From positions 8,184,001 to 8,248,000 of the forward strand of contig OZ287759.1 in assembly GCA_965649765.1 (NCBI GenBank): 64,000 nucleotides of DNA. Reading direction: 5' to 3'. The DNA is from Bispira polyomma. Taxonomy: Eukaryota. The notes beneath the pieces were generated by a model. It made no database searches and was not told the DNA's origin. It saw only the letters and a list, made by a program, of their open reading frames with translations. Below are positions 14,496 through 26,659 of the stretch, one piece after another. The position numbers and the translations under genes were made by a program. Within the stretch, counting starts at the first letter, position 1. Each line of letters starts with the position of its first letter.

Positions 14496-16309
14496 TACAT
14501 CAAACAGACAGAATAAGATTACAGTCACTTTTAGTTTTATATATTTCTTTCACCCAAAAACATTTTAAGTTAGTTTAAGCAAAACATATTTTTCACCATA
14601 AAAAAGTATGACCTTGTGATTTTTGTAATGGACAACAAGCCAGTCTAGCATTGACAGGTGATGAAGTATCTGACAGCAGACCCTTGTCAGCAATATCCTC
14701 TTTTGTATCGTCAAAATAGTTGTCAAACAATGGAGAGGGGGAAATGATCAACAGTATTCATTTCACTAATGACAAAGCAAATTAAATTTTGTGTAGGAAG
14801 CAATAACTCAAAACTATCAGGAAATAGATTCGTGGAGGTAATCAGAGTCATTTTATGTAATTCCTACAATTTCAAGATTATACACAACATTATACAGGAA
14901 TTAAAAATAAAGTACTATCCGATTTTGTGGCAGATTTCTTGGCCCAGTTTATTTTCTTCAGTGTTAAATGACAAAAGAAATGCTTCAGTTAATTTATTAA
15001 TAAAGAGATTCTCTGATACCCTTTAAAGCTGACAGCTATGATGAACTTACCCTTAAGTAGTTTGTGGCAGCCCAAAAAACTCCCCTCTACCCCCCCCCCC
15101 CCACCCCCTCCCTCTCTTAGCCACCCCCTCCCCAAATCCTAGTGACATTATAGTACAACTTACAGCAAGGTGATAATTAGTGTCACAAATGTCTATCACT
15201 GTGCTAGCTGTGTTACCTATGGGAGACCCAAGGTCCCTCACCACGCTAGTAGGGTGGAGGGGGTGTTGGTTATTTGGTGAGGGGCTGGGCAGAAAGAGGG
15301 GTTAAGGAGGTCAATATTGTGATTGTCTCTTGATAGACCTTTAAGGTTTTTGTAACACACTGTAAGAGAAAATAAGTGTCCAGGATCTGAGTCTTAGGTT
15401 TATCAATGGTTATAATATAATTCAAAATTTTCTTGTATAAAAATAATATTGATAAATGTTGAGTGTTTTTCAGGAAGGCAAATATTTGTTAAAAAAGAAA
15501 AAAAAAACCTGTTTGTAATAACGTGTTAGTGAATATATTTATGTGTTTCTGTAACAACTGGCTTAAGTTAATACCTAAATTGAGGTTTGGGTTTTCTTTA
15601 TAGGTATTTGTATTGTTTGGTGAGCATTTTGTTGTCAAGCTGTAGACACATAACCCTTGGTAACCTCTATTATTGATGTTGAGAATGGAGGGGGGCTACA
15701 ATTATGTGTAATTCTTCATTTTCCTCAGAGAGTTTTCCACAAAGATTATTTAATGAGCAGTTTCCTGAACATTTGGTGACTTCTATTCTATTGTATCTAG
15801 TGACAAATTCCAATTACCTCAAAACATTTTGCCCCAGACTATAGTGAGGTGTCTCAGGGGTTCACAAAAGTCCTTCTGGTGAAATACTTAATAGTGAAAG
15901 TCAGTTTTTATATTGAAAATCAAAGGTGTAAAGACTTCTTAATGAAGGTCACTCATTATACGTGGGATCAAGCATTTGTGCACAAGCAAATCTTGCAAAA
16001 TATAGTGCTTATAAACAGCAACAGTTTTTTATAATGAATGTATCTCATGAATAATTATTTTGAAATCATCGTATTTCTCCTATAGAACGCTATTTAGCAA
16101 CATAAAAGTAAAGGAAAATTTTTTTTTCTGAATTATTAATATTTCTTAAATTACTATTTCGTAATTACAAGATACTAAGTTATCTATACAACATAAAATA
16201 TATTTTGGTTTCCTGTTTTTAAAGATAAATTACCAAGTCATAATGATATAAAAATATTATGAGGTTTCCTGTTTAAAAATGTTGTATCTGGTATTTGCAA
16301 GATCGTAAA

Positions 16310-16775
16310 TTGTAAAAAGTTCTTAAAATATCCAACTTGGCTTCCATCCAATTCACTATCGTATCCTGTTTAAAATGCACGTAACTACCTTTAAAGCCGT
16401 TGTCTCTCAACAGCCTCACTACCTGACTACAAAACTCTCCTTCAGCAGCCTTAAAAGAGGAAAGAGACTCTGTTTCCTCTAAAAAACCCACTAAGAGGGT
16501 TGGACCTAGAGCCTTCTCGGTCACCACTCCTATGCTATGGAACCGCCTTCCAGTTGAACTTAGAATGCTTGATTTTCTGGATTTCAGAAAAAGCTAAAAA
16601 CCTATCTCTTCAGGCTTGCCTATTCTCCGTAGTCATTTCCCTAGGCGCTGACGCATCCATCCTTATGACCTGGCTATTGTTTATCGATTTTTCTATTGGC
16701 TGATTGATTCTGATGTTGCGCCTTAGGAGATGTCTAGCATCAATAAAGTGCATTAAAAATGTACAATACAATACA
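16310..16775 (+). mobile_element. L2-type LINE 3' fragment with (ATACA)n-like tail
   Basis: Encodes remnants HWLP-like, VGPRAFSVTTPMLWNRLP and KLKTYLF, ending AAAATGTACAATACAATACAA. Confidence 0.7.
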
Positions 16776-17200
16776 AAAATAGACATGAATTTTTTTAAAC
16801 GGGAAACCAAATATTTTATCTCATAATTAAGGCTCACTTTATGTGTCACCAGGATTATTACACAGAAACTATTGAACCTCAATTGGTTGAAAGCTTAGGA
16901 TCAGGAGCAAGGAATATATTTATTGAAGTTTGGAACAACGCCAGAACAAAAAGGCGCAAATCTGGGATTTTTTTGACAATGTAGCACTTTGGCGGAGGAA
17001 TGAATGTCTGTCTAGTTACAAATGAGCTTTAATGGTAAAACAATTATTCCATATTAAGACTTTAACTTTATATATTACCCTACAAGTTATAAAAAGGGTC
17101 AATAATAGTTTGTAGTGAAATACGAATATATACACACTATGCATTCTGTAAATGTTTGAGTCAAACAAAAAATCCATCAAAAACAAACAGGCGAATCGGA

Positions 17201-17692
17201 GACGAAACCCTTACGGCATGAAACCCCTAGCTGGATAAAACGTTTACCAGATGAAATCCCATCTAGATATAACCCCTACTGGATAAAACATCTACCAGAT
17301 GAAACCCCTTGTGGATGAAACCCCTACTGGATAAAACATCTACCAGATGAAACCCCTTGTGGATGAAACCCCTACTGGATAAAACATCTACCAGATAAAC
17401 CCTCTACTGGATGAAACCTCTGCCAGATAAAACTCCTACTGGATGAAACCCCTACCAGATATAACCCTTACCATATTATTCCCTACTGCTGCCAGATAAA
17501 AGTCCTACTTAATGAAATCCCTACCAGATAAAATCCTTACTGGATGAAACGCCTACTGAATGAAACCTTTACCAGATAAAATCCCTACTAGATAAAATTC
17601 CCATCAGATAAAACTCCTACTGGATGAAACCTCTACCAGATGAAACTCCTAATGGATGATATTCCTGCAGGAAAAAACGCTGCCAGACGAAA
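17201..17692. repeat. 16-bp minisatellite (~30 units) with a local 48-bp higher-order repeat
   Basis: Units GATGAAACCCCTACTG / GATAAAACATCTACCA / GATGAAACCCCTTGTG; the triplet is repeated exactly within 17282-17393. Confidence 0.9.
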
Positions 17693-20495
17693 TAAAATAT
17701 CATTACTTATTGGACAAATATTGGACAAATATTTCAGATAGTGGCACTTACACTAAAAATTAAGAGACAAAGAGTTATCATTTTTTAGGAACCATACTTA
17801 TATGGTTATATAAAACGCCTCCGCTTGACATCAAAGAACTATTTTGTTTAATTATTCTTAGTATGTACCTTATAAGTCATTATTGTACATTTTCTGAACT
17901 ATATTATTTAATTTGTACATAATATCTGAGCCGTTTCTTAACGAATTTTGGTGGGGAAAAAAGCACAGTAATCACAATAAAATAAGCTTTCGCATGCCAT
18001 TTTCAACTTCAACATCTGACGAATATTGAGTATATATCGGATGAAAACTATACCTATGATAGTGTTTTTGTAGCCATTTTTGTTTCAAATCGGTCAGTCC
18101 TCCCGATTTCCCCCCTCCCTGACAAATAAAATTGTTGGCCAAACAGACGTCGGCTGACGCCTGATCGGGTCTGATACAAATCTTCTGAAAGGAAGCACTT
18201 GGTAGTATTGTATAATGAGGGGAAAAATCGGCCGGCGTCGGCCGATAAAATGTGCTGAAAGGAAGCGTAGGCTAAGTAACAGGGATTTTTCCCATCCTGT
18301 CAAAAACACGAACATAACCTCATTTGTCCGAGGTAACTAGTTATTGTTAATGACCTCTTTGCTGATATCATTAACACAATCAAATTATGGAGGAGGAAAT
18401 CAGTTCCTTATGTCATTCAGCTGTGCATAAGTGAAGTTTGCAGATTGAACCAGAAGATACCCCGATGTCAAACGCGTCCAAAAGATAGGTTTACCAATAT
18501 TGAGATTTCACGTCTCCCAACATAATTATAAAGTTCCAGAATAAAAGGCACGGGGAAAAAAAGACACATGGAAAAAAGACATGGTGTGTTTCGAGAATAT
18601 TGGAAAAAAGGCATGATGCTTGATATTGTTTTGTGCTAAGGAAGACTTGAAATAACTTTTAGTTCCAGAGCTTTTTAATTATATGATAACAATATACAAA
18701 TATTTTAAAAATGTTCTCTAGAATTCTGTAAAAAAAAAATTAAATAAGGATACTTTGCCTTATTTTCTGACCAGTGTGCATTGAAATCAAACATGATAAG
18801 TTTTGGGATAATCATAGGAAAGCATTATCATTGTCACTCGCAAAATATTGCCGACTGTGATATCAGATATAATATGTAAAGTCTGTTTCTGAGATTCCTT
18901 GAGTATAAATATCAGAATACAAACTATGTTTCTAAGCACAGGCAAACTTATAGAATCCTAAATTGACCCAAGGGCCAATCCCAAGATATTATCTGAAATT
19001 GGCCTAGCAATGTCTCACATTGCTCTGTATTTCCCCAAAATCACCTAGTCAACATTTTAAACTACTACACAACTGTTAACACATGATAAAGCTTCAAACC
19101 TTGTTCTATAGAAATCACGTGACATCAAATAACGTATTTCCGCTTGTCATTTAATTCTCTGGTCAAAACCTGGATATAACACACAACAATAAAGGAAGTT
19201 CAATTGGGGAATACTAATCACTACGAAAAACATGGTGAATACTAAAATACAAAAAAAACGCAAATCAAAACCTTCCTATTCGATCCATCAATCATTCCCT
19301 TAGAATTTAGAGGGTGGGGGTCTGGTGGGGTAAGGGGCAGTGTATCCCCACATTAAAGACCAGAAATGCAAATGAGAGGGATTTTTTTTGTTGTAAAGTA
19401 ACAATCACCAAATTAGCTGTTTGTTTAAATATAAGCTGGGCTTGATAATGAAAATGAAAGATTCGGGGAAACCTTTTGATGTTTTGGTTTTGTTTGTGTG
19501 TCCAGATATTGTTTGATCGAATTTCAACTATTTGAACACACTTGTGATTTGGCCTTTTTTTTTCGCTAATGGCAGGGTTTGAAATCTCAATTAGTTTTTT
19601 TTTTTTTTTTTTTTTTTGGGGGGGGGGGGGGAGTTAGCACAATTTTATTCTAAATTCAAAAATTTCAAATTACATACTCTTTATAGATGGGGACAATCGT
19701 TCATTTTAAAACGAAGATGTGTTAAACCCATGTTCATATTTCAACAAGTATTTTAATTATATTTTGTACTATGTGCAAAATGCTTTGATTGCCTCACTTT
19801 AAATGGGAAATCTAAAAAAAAGATCCTACCTTAAATAACTCCTGTATCTTCAAATATGGCTGAACAAATCTTACCAAATTTATTTTAAGGTATAGGACAA
19901 AATCTCCCCTCGTAAATTATTTTTATACAATAATCTATGAGACACTGCTTGTACTTTTTTATTTTTGTTTTTTGTTTTATTATATCTGTCTCTTTTTGTC
20001 TTTTCTACTCATAACTTCCCATTCTCCACTTCAAACCTTTAATCATAGGTCCCTCTTATTAAAAATAAATTAAAAAAATTATAAAATCAGTCAAGATTTA
20101 CTTTTATTTACATTTGTGATAGGGGGGCTTTTTTCCGAGGGGCTTTTGTCTAGGAGTTGCTTTTGTCCTTAAATCTCTTAAAAGACTTTGTATTCCTAAT
20201 TTAAGCTCTACACTTTTTATTTTACTGTTAAGCATCTTAAGCCTAATTTTCGTCAAAACACTAAAATGTAGACAACTGCATCTTTGTTTGCTAATTGTTC
20301 TTCTGAAACACCTCAGTCTCCCAAGATTCAGAATCAAAAAGTGACCTCATTTTGAGTGGAGGATGGGGGGTACAAGTAGTAAATCTAATTACAGTGAATA
20401 ATTTGCCTTTTTTTATATTCTCAACTTTACACATGTTAATATGATCAATAAGGTTAAAACATGTATTTGATACATTCTACTGTAACAGCTAATTC

Positions 20496-20752
20496 GGGGG
20501 CCGCGGTGGCCTAGTGGTTAGCAAGCATTGCGCTTCACAATCACTGGTCTCTCACCTCTGGGCGATGTGAGTTCGAATCCTGTCGATGCCTATGTGGGAA
20601 AGGTGGTAATTCCTTACTGTGGGCCGCTGGTTTCTCTGCAGAACCTTGACCGACTGTATCCAGTGTTTCCTCCAGCGTTTCCAACTACCTGTCCCAATAT
20701 AACCTACCAAAAGGTACTAGAGTCGACCTTAAATATCTAAATTCAAATTCAA
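20496..20752 (+). mobile_element. Full-length tRNA-derived SINE, family A
   Basis: GGGGCCGCGGTGGCCTAGTGG A-box head, GAGTTCGAATCC B-box, (ATTCAA)n tail and a perfect 14-bp TSD GTAACAGCTAATTC (20482-20495 / 20753-20766). Confidence 0.92.
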
Positions 20753-21045
20753 GTAACAGCTAATTCATATATTCAAAAGTAAATAAAACTCTGATATATA
20801 TGTACTTATAAAACCCAACATATTTTGCAATTTAATTGCTTTAGCTTTTTTATTTGTTCCATGCAGTTTTGGCCATCACAATAAAAGAACCCAGTCATAC
20901 AATGTAAGTTGGTGAAACTTAATGCAAGAAAAAATGCTGGTATTGTGAAAACATCAAACTAGGAGCAGATGCAATGACATGTTGGTATTCGTTGTTGTCC
21001 TGGAAAATCCCAAGAGCTCTGCACAGACAACCAAAAAAAAAAACG

Positions 21046-21204
21046 GAATAAGTCAGTGCTGAAGCCACTGTGCAAACCAGGGTCCAGGGCCAGTACCTGA
21101 CAAACTTTTCCCACACAAAGGAGCAAATGGGATTCAACCCCACATTAGTGAGAGCCCAATGATTATGATGCAGCCTTTAAAACCACTTGGCCACCGCGGC
21201 GCCT
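21046..21204 (-). mobile_element. SINE family B, 5' half
   Basis: Homologous to 14275-14495 (AGTACCTGACAAAC...GGATTCAACCCCACATT...CCACTTGGCCACCGCGGC). Confidence 0.6.
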
Positions 21205-22924
21205 GTGAAGTAATAAAATAAACCTATCTGTTACATATCTAAACCCACCAGTATTAAAACACAATTTTATTTTCGCTGTGACTGTGAAACCGACAACGGT
21301 AGCGCAAAGTACGTCTTTCGGATGCCGTTGTCGGTAGCGCAAATCATCAGTTTAGGCTACCGTTCATCATTTAAGACACATTTTATTGAGTTTATATTGA
21401 TACATTTAATAAGTTTTGATAAAAAATACACAATTAAATTATACAAAAGATACATCAAACTGCATAAAACTTATCAAAAAGGATCTGTGTTCACATGAGA
21501 GATAACTGACTTCATTATTGTAGCCGCCTATTTACACAGATAATAAAGAACATGAAAAAATTAGTTGTGAGAAACCCATTCATTGGAGCCTGGTATTTTA
21601 AATAAATGGAGAGTCTGTATGGTAGTGGCCAACGTCTTTTATTTTGTAATTTATACCCCCTACATTTAGCACCACCTATTTAAAATATCAATATATCCAA
21701 ATATACACACAGGCGCCCTGATATGCTAATATATCGTTTAATCAATAACTATATTACACAATATTGTACCTTCACTAAACTGACAACCATTTACGCTCCA
21801 TCAGCCAATCACACAAACACGCACTCATTTACCCTTCCAATATTCACGTCACGCCCTCCGCGTCAGAATGACGTAATACATCGACCCAAGCGAAAACTGG
21901 GGAGGCGACCAAACAAATTGGAAACCAATTAGAACAACCAAAGGTTGTAAACAGTAAAGACTAACGCTAATAACATACGTCCTTTTATACCTTAATAGGC
22001 TGGCGTCCTATTTTCTACGTGGACTTTTTTTTCTGTTTTGAGTAAAATAAGCTTTATCAATGTTATTTATTTCATGGTAAAAACTGTATCAACTGATATT
22101 TATGTCATATGCTGGAATATCAAAAATTTAGAAACATTTTGTGTACATGTTATAATTGCAATTTTTAACATATATTATAGACTCTGTAAAGATACTATTT
22201 AAATTAAGACACCCGCCTCCTCACAAAACTGACTCCTCTAAAACAAATGAAGCCATAATATGTTTCCCCGGGGCGACAATCGTTAGACACACGTGACTTT
22301 TTCACACATCCCAGATTACCGGATGAAAGGGCGTAAATAAATGATGACCAGTTACTTTCTCTCTTTAAAAAAAAAACACAAACCACCCTAATGACCAGTG
22401 TTGTCTGGCCACAAATAGGAGTGAAAGGGTAATTACTGACGAGATGAATGGCTTTTAAATGGACCAATTTTTTTTCACTGTGTGTGGGACGTTCTCGTCC
22501 GTTACAAGTTTAAGCCAGGGCCCCTCAAGTTGGTATAATTTGCCGTGCTCAATAAGAGGAAAATTTGATCACACTTTGGAAAAAGTTAATTGTCTTTGTG
22601 TGTGAGTGTGGAGGAGAGGGAGGTGGGGGGAGCTGGTAGAGGGGGTAGTTATGTGTTGTGTCTGTTGGGGTGTGGGATGGAAGTCAAGATGCTATTTACA
22701 ACTATAAACCCCTGTTATCTGAACATATTATGGGAAAGAGAGCAAAAAATTGTTTGTTCAGATAATAAAAAAATGGTGTCTTCTCATTGAAATAGAAAGG
22801 GTAGGCATTTGTGTAGAGAACAAATAAGACAATATATATCTTTGACAGAGTGGTGGTAATATAAATTCATAAACTTGAAGTACTGTTTTGAGTGAGAAAT
22901 TTTATCCAGAAATTTGGCTTAAGT

Positions 22925-23178
22925 TTTTTTGGGGTTTTTTTTTTTAACGTCCACTCTAGTACCTGTTTAGGTTATATTGGGATGGGTAGTTGGAAACGCT
23001 GGAGAAAACACTGCATACAGTTGATCAAGGTTCTGCACTGAAACCAGCGGCCCACAGTAAGGAACTACCACCTTTCCCACATAGGCATCGACGGGATTCG
23101 AACTCACGCCCCCCAGAGGTGAGAGACCAGTGATTGTGAAGCGCAATGCTTGTTAACCACTAGGCCACCACGGCCCCA
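22925..23178 (-). mobile_element. Full-length SINE family A
   Basis: Reverse complement closely matches 20496-20752; A-rich tail; TSD GCTTAAGT (22917-22924 / 23179-23186). Confidence 0.9.
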
Positions 23179-24139
23179 GCTTAAGTGGTACAATTAAGAT
23201 CAGTTTAGTGTAAATCTGGATGTCCTTACAATTATAGGTTTTACGGTAATGATGGTTGTGTATAAACGTATTTTACTTTGGTGATTAATGTCCGTCTATA
23301 TTAAAGACTTGAAAGTATATTGTGTATAGGCTGTGTGGTAAACAGGTCTGGTGGTATGATGGTGTCTAAAGAGAGAATAACTCTGTAGTTAATAATAAAG
23401 GTTGAATTGTGGGGGCCCCTCTACATGGGTTTTGTTCAAGGTAAAATAGTTCTCTAGTCTGGCTGCAGCCATACATTCAACCTCTTGGGTAACCTAATTG
23501 TTCACTCTATGGATTTGCTCAGGTCTTGTGACCACCGTTGTCAGACGTATATCTCTATAAAAGCTGAGGTATACATTTGGTTCCCTCAGTTTTAACAAAA
23601 TACCAGTGTGTATGTAAATGTAAATGTATAGCAATGGTATGAATTAATGGCCCAAACTATATATACTTGTGGTTATTATTGTGTTATATGCTTAATTTAT
23701 GTTCTTGGCCTCATTCAGCTCTGGTTTTACTTGATGGTTTATCTGGTTTACATCATGACTTATACTTGCTTGAGATTTTGATTGGTTTGCATCTGCATTG
23801 GTTCACACCTTGGTCTTGCTTCAGGATTGTAAGAGAAACTTAATTAAACAGCTGTTTTAGCTAATTAGCGTGCATAGTGTGAAAATTATATCCAGTCAAC
23901 ATTTAAATATGTATTTATACCCTATTAAAAAGTAAAAACAATGGTCGATAGTAAAAAAAAACCCATTAATTTCGGCAAATTTTTCTAAAAAGGTGCAAAT
24001 TAGTCAAAATATCTTCCAGCTAATATTTCCACTTCCGCAGTAACAGAATCAGAAGTTCAGATAATAGAGGTTCTACTATACTTTTTAGTTGGTTCATTCT
24101 GACTGGGTTTTCTTTCTTTCTTTGTTTAATGTTTTCACT

Positions 24140-24500
24140 TCTATAGCACCACATTCGATAACCAGACATCTTTTGTGGCGCACATCCCAATCAAAATGCA
24201 AACGGATGGTTCGATAGGAGAAAAGGGTCAGTGATCAGAGTTCAGTTATAATCAGGAGACAAATGTTACGACTGCGTTGATACAGATGTGTTTTGAGGGG
24301 TTTTTTCGCAAGCCTATAATCCTTGTATCAGTATGAAGACTGGCAGAGATACTATTCTATTCGGTAGGTGACTGCTACATTTTGGGGTAAGAAATTTGAA
24401 GTGGGCGGGCGATTTTCTCCGGTGAGATTGCTGACAGATAACAAAGATGTAGGTTGGTTGCTGCATATCGACAATTTATAAAATTAGGACATTTACTTTG
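24140..24500 (-). mobile_element. L2-type LINE 3' fragment
   Basis: Colinear with 12275-12670 (CTTCTATAGC.CCACA.TCGAT, GTGATCAGAGTTCAGT, GATACAGATGTGTTTTGAG). Confidence 0.7.
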
Positions 24501-25034
24501 AATTATATACATAACTCAATCGGTACATTATAAAGTATGTGGAAAAATTTTACTGAATAATATTTTACTAAAATTATGTGATATTTTTTGTATTTATAAC
24601 CTAAAATGGTTGGATTTTTTTTTTTTTTTTTGTCATTTACAATAATTGTACCAGTTGCCTATGTTTGTAATAGTATGTGTAAAAATAGTAACCATGGTGA
24701 AAAAATAATCATCCAGTCAAAACTCCTGTCATGAATTCATGGCATTTTCTTCCAGAAAAAATCACTACTTGTTTCTTTCAAATGTATGATCAATTTAGTT
24801 GACAAGAGTTCAATATTCAATCTTGGCAATTCTTGTCAAAGATATGTGAAAACTGGTTAGATACGGTTTTGTCTATAGATAAGCAGGTTGCATTGTAAAA
24901 TGTTGGGTTAGTATCTTTGTTGTTTTGGGGATACACAAAGTGTTTAATTTAGTTTAGGTTTGCGTTACTAGTTTAGTTTAGGTTAGCTTAGATCATATCA
25001 AGACCGCTAAATGTTATGGTAGAAGAAACCATTA

Positions 25035-25840
25035 CATTATACATTACATTATACTATTGATATAGCGCTTTATTAGGAGGTCTTATCAAAAGCGCTCACA
25101 GTAGCTGTGATTGAATAAGAAAATTTTTAGGTTCTTTTTGAAGTCATCGATTTTGTCCATTTTTCTGACTTGGAAAGGTAAGGAGTTCCACAATTTGGGG
25201 GCAAGCTTTTTCACCGTAAAATTTTGTGTTGTATCTTTTCTTTTTTAGGGTGAACTGTTTTTCAGATCTTAATAAACGATTTGGTGTATACCGCTCCAAT
25301 AAGGCAGAGAAATAGTCTGGACCAAATCCATTTAGCACTTTGAAAACAAATACTAACAAGTTGTACTCAATTCTTGGTTTCATTTTGAGCCAGTGAAGTT
25401 GTTTTAATATTGGAGTGATGTGGTCATATGTACTTGTCTGTGTTATGAGGCGGGCACACATATTCTGAAGTTTCTGTAGTCTATTGATCTGGTAAGCAGA
25501 TAAATCGACAAGTAAGGTATTACTGTAATCCATTTTGGAAATTACTCGTGTATGCATTAAGGTTTGGGTCCTTTCTGTGGTTAGATATGGATGCTCGATC
25601 TGAAGGAACTTTTTTTTTTTTGTAAACTGTGGATATGTGGTTTTTGAATGTAAGGTGGTCATCAATAATTACCCCCAGGTTTTTTGCTGATGTACTTGAA
25701 TGTATTGCATTATTGTCAATTTTGATTGTTGGTTTGGTTGGCGAATGTAGTTTAAATTTTGATTTAATGATCATAAATTCTGTCTTAGCTTTAGTTATTC
25801 TTTGACACCCAGGACACGATTTCTGACAGACACTTTTCAA
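25035..25840 (-). mobile_element. L2/CR1 LINE ORF2 C-terminal fragment with (GTAAT)n tail
   Basis: AKTEFMII, SAKNLGVIIDDHLTFKNHIS, ISKMDYSNTLL, RLQKLQNMCARLI, DHITPILKQLHWL; frameshift at a poly-A run. Confidence 0.9.
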
Positions 25841-26116
25841 CTACATCAAAGGTTTGGTTTTCTTTTTCAGATGACCTTGGATTGTAGCCTTTATTAATCT
25901 GACTGCCATAAGTGAACAAGTGGTATGATAAAAATAAGGATCTTGACTGAACCGCCGACCTACAGCAACCAACCTGACTAAATTTTCCACATTAAGGAAT
26001 GAATAGGATTTGAAGCCACATGGGTGTGCCACAAATAATATGCCTATACAAATCTTGCTAGGTTTGCATTGATTAATGTTGTCTATCAATGATTTGATAA
26101 ACCATTTTCTGGTTTA

Positions 26117-26350
26117 GGAGCCGCGGTGGCTTAGTGGTTAGAAGTGCCTGCTTCATAATCACTGGCCCCTCACAAATGTGGGTTTGAATTTACATTTGTT
26201 CCTTCATGGTTGAAAGTATGTCAGATACTTGCCGTAGCTCGGCTGCATACACAGTGGATTCAGCTACGGTTTCTTCCACCATCGAATCTGGTCATTGCGA
26301 TATAAGCTAAGCTATTGAAAGCGACATAAAACCCAACTCAATTCAAATCC
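26117..26350 (+). mobile_element. SINE family B
   Basis: GGAGCCGCGGTGGCTTAGTGG head, GGTTTCTTCCACCATCGAATCTGG core, CTCAAATTCAAA tail. Confidence 0.75.
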
Positions 26351-26659
26351 AAGAATTTTTGTGTCATCTTAACAAACGTATACATCCTTCTGAGTTCGCC
26401 TCTAGTTCAAATAATAATAGTAATAAAGATGTTGGAAGTAGTGTTATATCAGAAATATTAAATTTGTGCAAAAAGAATATTTTTTTCACAAAAACCTCGG
26501 AGAAGCGATCATGTGATTAATATATTCAAGAAACAAATGTTGTTATTAATGTTGTCCAGAATCAAAAATATTTTTTTGTAAATGCCGGAAATTAATATTA
26601 CATTGGATACACAGCTATTGGTTGCTTCACAGGATATCGAGGAACATTCAACAAATGAA

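Noticed and set aside
20496-20585. tRNA gene
   Set aside because: A and B boxes are present but continue into a shared SINE body with tail and TSD. The tRNA-like piece at ~57015-57085 is also too degenerate to call.
1-26600. Numerous 60-170 aa ORFs in the downstream desert
   Set aside because: Low-complexity or LINE/SINE-derived; no coherent exon chain or protein family signature found.
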